Source of the DNA: Candidatus Nitrosocosmicus sp.
GTDB taxonomy: Bacteria > Methylomirabilota > Methylomirabilia > Rokubacteriales > CSP1-6
Assembly: GCA_035654455.1 (NCBI GenBank)
Contig: DASRWT010000033.1
Coordinates: 3,975 to 67,974 of the forward strand
DNA length: 64,000 nucleotides
Direction of reading: 5' to 3'
Under the pieces are notes generated by a model, which saw only the letters and a list, made by a program, of their open reading frames with translations, had not been told where the DNA came from and did no database searches. Shown piece by piece: positions 8,834-17,409 of the stretch (its first letter is position 1; every line of letters begins with the position of its first letter). Made by a program: the position numbers and the translations under genes.

Positions 8834-9883
8834 ATGACAACGGCACTCGTCTCCAAGCGTCATGTCGTCGCGGACATCAGCCTGGCCATGGAGCTCTGCT
8901 ACGAGCGCGGCTGGACGGACGGCCTCCCGGTGGTGCCTCCCACCGAGCCGGCGGTGCGGGCCATGCTCGCGGCGGCCGAGCTCGAGCCGGACCATCAGAT
9001 CGCGTTCATCACCAATCGCCAGGTGGCGGTGACGGCCGAGAAGGTCGCCATCAACGCGGTGATGGCGGGGTGCCTGCCCGAGTACATGCCCATCGTGGTC
9101 TCGGCGGTGGAGGGCATCGCGGAGCCCGTGTGGGGCTATCACGGGCCCGCCACCTCCACCGGTGGCGCCGCCGTCTTCATGATCATCAACGGCCCCATCG
9201 GTCCCCGCCTGGGCTTCAACTGCGAGGACAATCTCTTCGGGCCGGGCTGGCGCGCCAATGCCACGGTGGGGCGCGCGGTGCGCCTGGTGATGCGCAATGT
9301 CATCGGGACCCTGCCGGGCCTCCTCGACCGCGGCACCATCGGGAATCCCGGAAAGTACACCTATGTGATCGCGGAGAACGAGGCGGAGAGTCCCTGGACG
9401 CCGCTGCACGTCGAACGCGGCTTCGCCGCCGGCGAGAGCACGGTGACGGTGATGTCCGCGGAGGGTCCGCGGCAGTTCTACAACCAGCTCTCGAGCACGC
9501 CGGAGGGCATCCTCAAGACGCTCTGCGACGACATGCGCCACCACAACAGCACGGGGGGCCAGCCCCAGTACGTGGTGGTGCTGGCCGGCGAGCACATGCG
9601 GACCATCGCGGCCGGGGGCTGGAGCAAGTCCGACATCCGGAAGTACGTGTTCGACAATACCCAGGTCAGCATCGCCCACTTCAAGCGCACGGAGCGGCTG
9701 CCCGGGTCGGTGACCCCGCAGGACGAGACCACGTACAAGTCATTGCTGGCCGAGCCGGAGGACGTGCTCGTGGTCGCCGCGGGCGGTCGCGCGGGCGCGT
9801 TCTCGTGCTATATCCCGGGCTGGGCGGGCGGCCGCCGCTCCTCCCGGTCGGTAACGAAGCTCATTCGTGAGAGGAGAGCCTGA
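8834..9883 (+). CDS. conserved hypothetical protein (349 aa), upstream partner of the UGSC selenoprotein gene
   Basis: ATG 8834 lies 7 nt after TATAAT (8821-8826). Consistent G/C third positions. MTTALVSKRHVVADISLAMELCYERGWTDGLPVVPPTEP... has no TM segment or signal peptide. Its stop TGA 9881-9883 overlaps the next ATG. I cannot assign a named family. Confidence 0.75.
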   Translation: MTTALVSKRHVVADISLAMELCYERGWTDGLPVVPPTEPAVRAMLAAAELEPDHQIAFITNRQVAVTAEKVAINAVMAGCLPEYMPIVVSAVEGIAEPVWGYHGPATSTGGAAVFMIINGPIGPRLGFNCEDNLFGPGWRANATVGRAVRLVMRNVIGTLPGLLDRGTIGNPGKYTYVIAENEAESPWTPLHVERGFAAGESTVTVMSAEGPRQFYNQLSSTPEGILKTLCDDMRHHNSTGGQPQYVVVLAGEHMRTIAAGGWSKSDIRKYVFDNTQVSIAHFKRTERLPGSVTPQDETTYKSLLAEPEDVLVVAAGGRAGAFSCYIPGWAGGRRSSRSVTKLIRERRA

Positions 9884-10419
9884 TGGCACCTATCGAAATT
9901 CTCGACCCCACCGTGGAGCCCCGCCGCCAGCCGCTGACCTTCGTGGCGCGCCCCGACTCGCTCAAGGGCAAGCGCGTGGGTCTGGTGGAGAACACCAAGT
10001 TCAACTCCGACCGGCTGCTGCACCGGATCGGCGAGATCCTCATCAACGACTACGGGGCGGCGGAGTGCCGCATGTGGCGGAAGCACAATGCCAGCGTGCC
10101 CGCGCACGTGGAGATCCTCGAGGAGGCCAAGCGCACCGTCGACGTCGTCGTCGCCGGCATCGGCGACTGAGGGTCGTGCTCGTCGGGCAGTGTGCTCGAC
10201 GGAATCCTGATGGAGAAGAACGGCATTCCCGCGGCGTCCATCGTCACCGACGTCTTCGAGAGCACCGGGCGGGCCATGGCCCAGTCGTGGGGGCTGCCCG
10301 CGTACAAGTTCCTGTCCATGCCCCATCCCATCGCCAACCTCTCCGAGGCTCAGCTGGATGAGCGCGCGCGCGCGATGGCGCCGCACGTGGTGAAGCTCAT
10401 CCTCGAGGGTCAGGAGTAG
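9883..10419 (+). CDS. UGSC-motif selenoprotein (in-frame UGA at 10168-10170 read as selenocysteine), 178 aa
   Basis: Track ORFs 9883..10170 and 10192..10419 share one frame. The 21 nt between them keep coding-like third positions. Read-through gives ...VDVVVAGIGD-U-GSCSSGSVLDGILMEKNGIP... A SECIS-like hairpin lies just downstream of the UGA. SD GAGGAG at 9869-9874. Confidence 0.75.
10181..10201 (+). promoter_or_regulatory. candidate bacterial SECIS hairpin
   Basis: CGUCGGGC-AGUGU-GCUCGACG: 8 bp including one G.U pair, with a 5-nt apical loop containing GU. The stem starts 11 nt after the UGA and the loop lies 19-23 nt downstream. This fits the usual bacterial SECIS geometry. Confidence 0.55.
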
Positions 10420-10438
10420 CCGCGCCGCCGCCCCACGC

Positions 10439-11425
10439 GTGACCGAGACCAAGGACTACCGGTCGCCGTGGTGGCTGCGGGGGCGGCATCTCCAGAGCCT
10501 CTGGGGCCCGCTCGTGCGCCGTCCCTCGCGTCCCGCCCTCCGGCGGGAGCGATGGGACACGCCCGACGGCGATTTTCTCGATCTCGACTGGCTCGCGGGA
10601 GATCCCCCCCGCGCCGGCGCGCCCTGCGTGGTGGTGCTCCACGGGCTCGAGGGCTCCTCCGAGTCGCACTATGCCCTTGGTCTCCTTGCCCTCGCCGCCG
10701 AGGCCGGCTGGGCGGGAGTGGTCGTCCACTTCCGCTCCTGCAGCGGCGAGCTGAACCGGCTGCCGCGGCTCTATCACTCCGGGGAGACGTCCGACCTCGA
10801 CTGGGTGATCGGCCGACTCCTGGCCGCGATGCCCCCGCGCCGGCTCGGCCTGGTCGGCGTCTCGCTGGGGGGCAATGTCGCTCTCAAGTGGCTGGGTGAG
10901 CGGGGGGAGGCGGTGCCCGCGGGCGTGGCCGCCGCGGTGGCCATCTCGGTGCCGTTCGACCTCGAAGCCTGCGCCAAGGTGCTGGACCGCGGCGTCAACC
11001 GGGCGCTCTACACCGCGCATTTCCTCCGCACCATGAAGGCCAAGCTCCGCGCCAAGGCTGCGCTCTACGCGGGCCGGGTCGACCTGGCGGGCGCGCTCGC
11101 CGCGCGGACATTCAAGGAATACGACCGGCTGGTCACCGCGCGCATCTTCGGATTCGCCGACGAGCGCGACTACTGGAGCCGCTCCAGCAGCGGGCCGTTT
11201 CTCTCGGCCATCCGCCGGCCCACGCTCCTCATCAACGCGGTGAACGACCCCTTCGTCCCGCCGGAAACCCTGCCGCGGGCCGAGGTGGAGCGCTCCCCCT
11301 GGCTGGAGGCCCACTTTCCGGCCGAGGGCGGGCATGCCGGGTTTCTCGAGGGCGGCGCGGGACCCTCCTGGGCCGAGCGACGCGCGGTGGCGTTTCTCGC
11401 GCGGCATCTCGGCGAAGCCGCGTGA
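10439..11425 (+). CDS. alpha/beta-fold hydrolase (YheT/ABHD1-3-like)
   Basis: 328 aa. N-terminus YRSPWWLRGRHLQSLWGPL, VVLHGLEGSSES, nucleophile elbow GVSLGGN. GTG start. Confidence 0.85.
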   Translation: MTETKDYRSPWWLRGRHLQSLWGPLVRRPSRPALRRERWDTPDGDFLDLDWLAGDPPRAGAPCVVVLHGLEGSSESHYALGLLALAAEAGWAGVVVHFRSCSGELNRLPRLYHSGETSDLDWVIGRLLAAMPPRRLGLVGVSLGGNVALKWLGERGEAVPAGVAAAVAISVPFDLEACAKVLDRGVNRALYTAHFLRTMKAKLRAKAALYAGRVDLAGALAARTFKEYDRLVTARIFGFADERDYWSRSSSGPFLSAIRRPTLLINAVNDPFVPPETLPRAEVERSPWLEAHFPAEGGHAGFLEGGAGPSWAERRAVAFLARHLGEAA

Positions 11426-11625
11426 TGGATCTGGCACGGCCGCTCCGGCGCTCCCGGCGGCACCGCATGATCGCCGGGGTCTGCGGCGGCATCGCGGAGT
11501 GGCTGGGCTGGGATCCCACGCTCGTGCGGGTGCTCTACGTCGTCGGCTCCATCCTCTCGGTGGCCTTCCCCGGCATCCTCGTCTACGTCATCCTCTGGAT
11601 CATCGTGCCCAAGACGGCGGAGTAA
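11422..11625 (+). CDS. PspC-domain membrane protein
   Basis: 67 aa. RMIAGVCGGIAEWLGWDPTLVRVLYVV followed by a TM segment. The start (GTG ATG) overlaps the stop of the hydrolase gene. Confidence 0.8.
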   Translation: MMDLARPLRRSRRHRMIAGVCGGIAEWLGWDPTLVRVLYVVGSILSVAFPGILVYVILWIIVPKTAE

Positions 11626-11679
11626 CGCGCGCCGTGAGGGCGCGGGCGCCGTCGACAGCCCGCGGCTCCGTCTGCTAGG

Positions 11680-12975
11680 ATGGCCGCCGTGCTGCGCGAC
11701 GCCTACGGGCTGACCGTCTCCACCGACTCCCGGGCCGCCGTGGACGACTACGATCGCGGGGTTCGCGCCCTCCTCGGCTTCGGCGCCGACACCGTGGCCG
11801 CGTTCGAGGCCGCGGTGTCGGCCGATCCCGAGTTCGCGCTGGCCCGGGCCGGACTGGCCGTCTCCCGCTATCTGAACGAGGAAATGGCCGAGGGGCGCGC
11901 GGAGATGGACCGCGCGGTGGCGGCGGCACAGGCGCCCGGGCTCTCCGCGCGCGAGCGCCGTCACGTGGACGCCCTCGCGCTCTGGGTGGGCGGGCGCGGC
12001 AACGACGCCATCCCGCTCATCCGGGAGATCCTCGCCGAGCATCCGCGCGACATGATGCTCATCCAGCGCCTCTACTACATCCACTTCTGGCAGGGGCGCT
12101 CCGCGGAGATGCTGGAGCTGATCGAGTCGGTCCGGGGTGGCGCCCTCGACGGCGATTCCTACATGCTGGGGCTCCACGCCTTCAGCCTGGAGGAGAATGG
12201 GCGCTACGCCGAGGCGCTGCCCCTGGCGGAGCGCGCGGTGGGGATGAATCCGAAGGACGCGTGGGCGGTGCACGCCATCGCGCACGTGCTGTACGAGACG
12301 GGGGAGAACGACCGCGGCGCCGAGGCGCTGCCCCCCCGCATCCATCCCTGCGACCACCTGAGCTATTTCCGGAACCACCTGCTGTGGCACCTGGCCCTCA
12401 TGCATCTCGCGGAGGGGCGCTACGATCGCGCGGCGGCGCTGTTCCGGTCGGTGTTCGGCCGCCTCCCCATCGAGGTGAGCGCCGACCTTCAGGATTCGGT
12501 GTCGCTGGCGTGGCGCCTGGACCTCTTCGAGCATCCGGATCCCGAGCGCTGGCGCCACCTGGGCGCGGTGGCGCGGAACCGGCTCGCGCTGCCGCTCCTG
12601 CTCTTCCACGACCTCCACGTGGGCATGGCGCTGGCCGCGGCGGGCGACTGGGCGAGCGCGGAGGTGCAGCTCGAGCGCCTGCGCGCGCGCAGCCGGAAGT
12701 CGCGCAACCCCACCCTCGGCGACGTGGTCGTCCCGCTGCTGGAAGGCCTGCACGCCTTCGCGCGCGGCGACCATGCCGGCGCGGTGGAGCGCATCGCCCC
12801 CATCGAGTCGCGCATCATCGAGGTGGGCGGCAGCCACGCCCAGCGCGAGGTCTTTCACGACACCTTGCTGGCGGCGGCGCTGCGCGGGGGCGACATGGCT
12901 CGAAGCCGCGGCCTCCTCGAGCGCCGGCTCGCCAAGCGCCCCCGTCCCGGCCGGTTCTGGGAGAGCCGGGCGTGA
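11680..12975 (+). CDS. TPR-containing protein (TTC38-like)
   Basis: 431 aa. An all-helical, repeat-like sequence with the N-terminus YGLTVSTDSRAAVDDYDRGVRALLGF typical of TTC38-type proteins. The stop overlaps the next start (GTGATGG). Confidence 0.7.
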   Translation: MAAVLRDAYGLTVSTDSRAAVDDYDRGVRALLGFGADTVAAFEAAVSADPEFALARAGLAVSRYLNEEMAEGRAEMDRAVAAAQAPGLSARERRHVDALALWVGGRGNDAIPLIREILAEHPRDMMLIQRLYYIHFWQGRSAEMLELIESVRGGALDGDSYMLGLHAFSLEENGRYAEALPLAERAVGMNPKDAWAVHAIAHVLYETGENDRGAEALPPRIHPCDHLSYFRNHLLWHLALMHLAEGRYDRAAALFRSVFGRLPIEVSADLQDSVSLAWRLDLFEHPDPERWRHLGAVARNRLALPLLLFHDLHVGMALAAAGDWASAEVQLERLRARSRKSRNPTLGDVVVPLLEGLHAFARGDHAGAVERIAPIESRIIEVGGSHAQREVFHDTLLAAALRGGDMARSRGLLERRLAKRPRPGRFWESRA

Positions 12976-14300
12976 TGGACTGGAAGGCCCTGGGCGAGGA
13001 GACCATCGATCTCCTGCGCCGCTACCTGACCATCGACACCACCAATCCGCCCGGCCGGGAGACGGAGGGCGCGCGCTTCCTCGCCGGCGTGCTCGAGAGA
13101 GACGGAATCGCGAGCGAGTTTGCGGAGTCGGCGGAGGGGCGGGGGAATGTGGTGGCCCGCGTCAAGGGCGACGGGTCCCTGCCCGGCATCGTGCTTCACC
13201 ACCACATCGACGTGGTGTACGCGGACCGCCGCTACTGGAGCGTGGATCCCTTCGGGGGCGTCATCCAGGACGGCTTCCTCTACGGGCGCGGCGCGCTGGA
13301 CATGAAGTCGACCGGCATCCTCCAGCTCGGCGCGCTGCTCGCCATCCGGCGGGCCAAGGTGCCGCTCAAGCGCGACCTCATCTATCTCGCCACCGCCGAC
13401 GAGGAGGCGGGGAGCCGCTTCGGCGCCCAGTGGATCGCGGACCACCGCGCGCACTGGCTGGGCGGGGCGGAGTACGCCATCTCGGAGCTGGGCTTCGTGT
13501 CCACGCATCCGGGCGCGCGGGCGCCGCTCGGCACCATCGTGATCTCCGAGAAGACCGGGCTGCCCTTGCGCCTCACCGCGCGGGGCGAGCCCGGGCACGG
13601 CTCCATGCCGTGGCCGGACACCGCGCCCCACCGCCTCATCCGCGCGCTGGGCCGCCTGCTGCAGGCGGAGCGCCCGCTGCGCGTGCTGCCCGAGACGCGC
13701 GAGTACTTCCGCGCCCTGGCCTCGGTGCTGCCCGGGGACACCGGGCGGGGGCTCGAGGACGTCGAGCGGTCCCTGGGCGATCCCGCCTTCCGCGCGCGCT
13801 TCCTCGCCCATCCGCATCACGCCGCGCTGGTGCGCACCACCTTCGCGGTGAACATGCTCAAGGGGAGCGAGAAGCGGAACGTGATCCCGCCCGAGGCGGT
13901 GGCCGATCTCGACTGCCGCATGCTCGCCGGCGACGATCCCGAGGAGATCCGCGCCTGGGTGGAGCGCGTGGTGGCGGATTCCCAGGTGGCGGTGGAGATC
14001 ACCGGCGAGGCCAAGCAGCCGAATCTCTCGCCGCCCGATACCGAGCTCTACAAGCACATGGCCGACACGCTGCGTCGGCGCGCGCCGGGCGTGGTGGTGA
14101 CGCCGGAGATCCTGGTGGCCTTCACCGACAACTGGGTGTTCCGGCGCATGGGACTGCACGGCTACGGCTGGAGCCCCTTCGTCTGCGACGAGGGCGAGCT
14201 CCGCCGCATCCACGGCAACGACGAGCGGCTCTCGCTCGAGAATATCCGGGAGGGCGTGCGGGCCTATACCGAGATGCTGCTCGCGGCGGCGGCGACTTGA
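12975..14300 (+). CDS. M20 family metallopeptidase (ArgE/DapE/CPG2-like)
   Basis: Real part of ORF 12261..14300. LRRYLTIDTTNPPG, HHHIDVV, GRGALDMKS, ATADEEAGS metal-ligand motifs. ATG 12975 overlaps the preceding TGA. Confidence 0.85.
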   Translation: MDWKALGEETIDLLRRYLTIDTTNPPGRETEGARFLAGVLERDGIASEFAESAEGRGNVVARVKGDGSLPGIVLHHHIDVVYADRRYWSVDPFGGVIQDGFLYGRGALDMKSTGILQLGALLAIRRAKVPLKRDLIYLATADEEAGSRFGAQWIADHRAHWLGGAEYAISELGFVSTHPGARAPLGTIVISEKTGLPLRLTARGEPGHGSMPWPDTAPHRLIRALGRLLQAERPLRVLPETREYFRALASVLPGDTGRGLEDVERSLGDPAFRARFLAHPHHAALVRTTFAVNMLKGSEKRNVIPPEAVADLDCRMLAGDDPEEIRAWVERVVADSQVAVEITGEAKQPNLSPPDTELYKHMADTLRRRAPGVVVTPEILVAFTDNWVFRRMGLHGYGWSPFVCDEGELRRIHGNDERLSLENIREGVRAYTEMLLAAAAT

Positions 14301-14839
14301 GGGCGAAGCGATCCGCCCCGCGCGCGCGGCGGCGGCCCGCCCGCGCCGGGCGGGCGGGGGCTCTCACCATCCGCCCCGGGACCGCGCGCGACATTCCCAC
14401 CATCGTCGCCCTCATCCGCGGGCTCGCCGACTACGAGCGGCTGCGCCATGAATGCAAGGCCACCCCCGCCGGCGTGCGGCGGCACGGGTTCGGTCGCCGG
14501 CGCTACTTCGAGACGTTGATTTGCCGGCGTGACGGCCGGCCGGTCGGGATGGCGCTCTACTTCTTCACGTTCTCCACCTTTCTGGTCCGGCCCACGCTCT
14601 ACCTGGAGGATCTCTTCGTCCTCCCCGAGGAGCGGGGCGCGGGAGCGGGGAAGGCCCTGCTCGCCGCGCTGGCGCGCATCGCCGTCAAGCGCGGCTGCGG
14701 CCGGCTCGAGTGGGCGGTGCTCAACTGGAACCGTCCCGCCATCGGCTTCTACGAGCGGCTGGGCGCCCGGCTTCGCCGGGAGTGGATCCTCACGCGCCTC
14801 ACCGGCGCGCCCCTCCGGAGCCTGGGCAAGAGCGGCTAG
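14297..14839 (+). CDS. GNAT family N-acetyltransferase (diamine/SSAT-like)
   Basis: LTIRPGTARDIPTIVALIRGLADYE...LEDLFVLPEERGAGAGKALLAAL...FYERLGA. There is no ATG or GTG between the upstream stop and the conserved N-terminus. The only candidates are TTG 14297 (overlapping the M20 stop as TTGA) or CTG 14363. Confidence 0.8.
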   Translation: MRAKRSAPRARRRPARAGRAGALTIRPGTARDIPTIVALIRGLADYERLRHECKATPAGVRRHGFGRRRYFETLICRRDGRPVGMALYFFTFSTFLVRPTLYLEDLFVLPEERGAGAGKALLAALARIAVKRGCGRLEWAVLNWNRPAIGFYERLGARLRREWILTRLTGAPLRSLGKSG

Positions 14840-14867
14840 GCGAGCGGGGGCGACGCTCCGCGAAGGA

Positions 14868-17348
14868 CTAGCGCGTCGCGCCCGGCGGCGCCTCTCGCGC
14901 CGGCTCGTCGTGCAGGAGGCGGACGTCGTGGCGCCCGGAGGGAATCTCGATACCGGCCTCGCTCAGCGCGGCCAGGATGGCCAGCCCGAGCTCGCTCTTC
15001 ACCTGCGGCGCCTCCTCGAAGCGGGCCGTCCACGCCCGCAGCTCGAAGTCCAGGCCGGTGGGGATGAATCCCATGAAGAAGGCGAGCGGCGCGGGCTCGC
15101 GCAGCACGCCGGGATGCGCGGCGGCGGTCTCGCGCAGGATGGTGAGCACGCGGGCGGCGTCGCTGCCGGGGGCCGCGCTGACCCGGACGTCCACCCGGCG
15201 GAGGCGGTCCGAGAGCGTCCAGTTGGAAAGCTTCTCGGAGGTGAGGATGCCGTTGGGCACGATGACCTCGGCGCCTTCCCAGGTGCGCACCATGCTGGAG
15301 CGGATGCCGATGCGCCGGACCTCCCCCGCGAGATCGCCGATCTGGATCGCGTCGCCCACCTGGATGAAGCGCTCGAAGAGCAGGATGAATCCGGAGACGA
15401 CATTGTTCACCACCGCCTGGAGGCCGAAGCCGATGCCGACGCCGAAGGCGCCGACCAGGATGGTGACGCGATTGAGGTCCACGCCCATGGCCGCCACCGC
15501 GAAGATGAAGCCGAGGAGCAGGATGGCGTAGTGGAGCAGGGTGGACACGGTGTACGGGATCCCGCGCGCCAGGCTCACCCGCGGATACACGTCTTCCTCG
15601 AGGACGAAGCGCGCCAGCCGCGAGACCACGAAGGCGAGCCACACCGTCACCGCGAATGCCACCAGGTCGCCCACGGTCAGGCTCAGGTTGCCGCGGGCGA
15701 CCCCGGCGGCGAGAGCGGTGCCCATCGCGTCCCGCGCCCTTCCGTGTAGCCCGAGCGATCCCAGCATGGCCAGCGCCCAGCCGGCGATGGCCAGCCAGCG
15801 GAGCACCCGGCGCGTGCGCTCCTCGAGGAGCGCGCGGTGACGCTGCACGAGGCGCAGGTAGGCCAGCGGCCGGGTGCGGAGGGCATAGGCCACCAGCCCC
15901 TGCGCCACGCGAAAGCCCGCGTAGAGGACCATGGCGATATAGCCGAAGGACAGCGCGCCCGAGCCCAGGAGCCGTCCCAGCCGGAGATAGCCGATGGCGG
16001 CCAGCACCAGGGCCACCCCCATCGCGCCGAGCATGGCGAGTCCCAGCGCCCGGAAGAGCGCGGGGCGGGGGGCGGCGGACAGCGCGCCCCGCCGCGGGGA
16101 AAGCACCCAGGCGAGAAAGGCGATGCCCACCAGCATCTCGCCCAGGAAGACCAGCTGATCGAAGAGCGGCACCACCTCGGCGATGTCGTCCAGCCGCTCG
16201 AGAGCGTAGAAGAGGCCGAGCCCGATCACGCTCGCCCGCAGCGACGGCTCGGCGAGCGACGTGACCATGCGCAGGACGGGCACCAGGCCCAGGAGCCCCA
16301 CCAGGCTGCGCACCACCCGCGGCACGTCGCCGTACAGCCAGGGCGTGAGGAACAGCGCCACCAGCAGGGCGGCGGAGAACGGGAACTCGAACACACGGAC
16401 CGCGTCGGCGAGCGTGGGATCGTCGCCGCTGCGCCGCCGCGCCGGCCGGAGCAGGTAGGAGAACGCGGCCCCGAGCACGAGCCAGATCAGCAGGTGCAGC
16501 GGGATCACCGCCCGGTGGGTCTGGAAAAAGCGGCGAAGCGCGGCCCGGTCGGCCTCCATCCCCTCCCGGGCGCGGGCGGGGACTTCCCGGAGGGTTCCCA
16601 GCGAGGCCTCCATCTCCCAGAGGGGCGCCCCGTCCCGTACCAGCAGCGGCCGCTCCGCTTCCCCCCGCGTGAGCGCGATCTGGGCCAGGGTCTCTTCCAC
16701 GGACGCGGTCTGCTGCGAGACGCGCTCCTGGAGCTGCAGCACCTCCGCGCGCTGGCTCTTGATGAGCTGCTCCGTGGTGGCGATGGCGGCGAGGGTGGCG
16801 TCCGCGCGCGCGAGCACGGGGAGCGGCGCCCCGGTGCGTCGCGCCTCCGCGCGCGTGGCCTGCCAGGTGGCGCGGAGCGCGGCCAGCTCGCCCAGGTCGC
16901 GCTCGTGCTCGGTGGCGACGCGGGTGAGAAGCTCCGCCCAGCCGGTGAGCAGGACGCGCGCGGCCACGAAGGGGCTGGCGAGATTGTCGAGAATGGGGCC
17001 GCGCGGATTGTCCGCCAGCGCGCGCTCCGTCGCCTGCACGCGGACGCGCATGTCCTCGCCCAGGGCGGGAAGCCGCCGCTCGATCTCCGAGACGCCGGGC
17101 CGCGCGCGCGCCGTCTCGTCCAGGGCGCGCAGGCGCGCGGCCGTCTCGTCGGCCCGGCGCACGATGTCGGGGATGGGAATGGGCGCGGCGGCGGTGGGCA
17201 GGGGGCCCGGCTCGGGGCTGGGCGCAGCGGCCGGCGCCGGCGGAGTCGTGGGAGACGCGGCGGGGGTCTGCGCGGCGGCGGGCCGGACCAGGCACAGCGC
17301 GAGCAGGACGAGCGCGAGGGCGAGCCGTCGTCGAGGTGCCGCGCTCAT
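14868..17348 (-). CDS. mechanosensitive ion channel, large MscS/MscK-type
   Basis: Signal peptide MSAAPRRRLALALVLLALCLVRPAAA, a long coiled-coil region, multiple TM segments, and the MscS core VVNNVVSGFILLFERFIQVGDAIQIGDLAGEVRRIGIRSS. TATCAT (minus strand, 17356-17361) lies 7 nt upstream of ATG 17348. Confidence 0.85.
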   Translation of the reverse strand: MSAAPRRRLALALVLLALCLVRPAAAQTPAASPTTPPAPAAAPSPEPGPLPTAAAPIPIPDIVRRADETAARLRALDETARARPGVSEIERRLPALGEDMRVRVQATERALADNPRGPILDNLASPFVAARVLLTGWAELLTRVATEHERDLGELAALRATWQATRAEARRTGAPLPVLARADATLAAIATTEQLIKSQRAEVLQLQERVSQQTASVEETLAQIALTRGEAERPLLVRDGAPLWEMEASLGTLREVPARAREGMEADRAALRRFFQTHRAVIPLHLLIWLVLGAAFSYLLRPARRRSGDDPTLADAVRVFEFPFSAALLVALFLTPWLYGDVPRVVRSLVGLLGLVPVLRMVTSLAEPSLRASVIGLGLFYALERLDDIAEVVPLFDQLVFLGEMLVGIAFLAWVLSPRRGALSAAPRPALFRALGLAMLGAMGVALVLAAIGYLRLGRLLGSGALSFGYIAMVLYAGFRVAQGLVAYALRTRPLAYLRLVQRHRALLEERTRRVLRWLAIAGWALAMLGSLGLHGRARDAMGTALAAGVARGNLSLTVGDLVAFAVTVWLAFVVSRLARFVLEEDVYPRVSLARGIPYTVSTLLHYAILLLGFIFAVAAMGVDLNRVTILVGAFGVGIGFGLQAVVNNVVSGFILLFERFIQVGDAIQIGDLAGEVRRIGIRSSMVRTWEGAEVIVPNGILTSEKLSNWTLSDRLRRVDVRVSAAPGSDAARVLTILRETAAAHPGVLREPAPLAFFMGFIPTGLDFELRAWTARFEEAPQVKSELGLAILAALSEAGIEIPSGRHDVRLLHDEPAREAPPGATR

Positions 17349-17409
17349 GCCCTGGATGATACCGCCAGGATGGGCGAAGACGTGCGGGCCCAGACGCCAG
17401 GGTGGGGGA

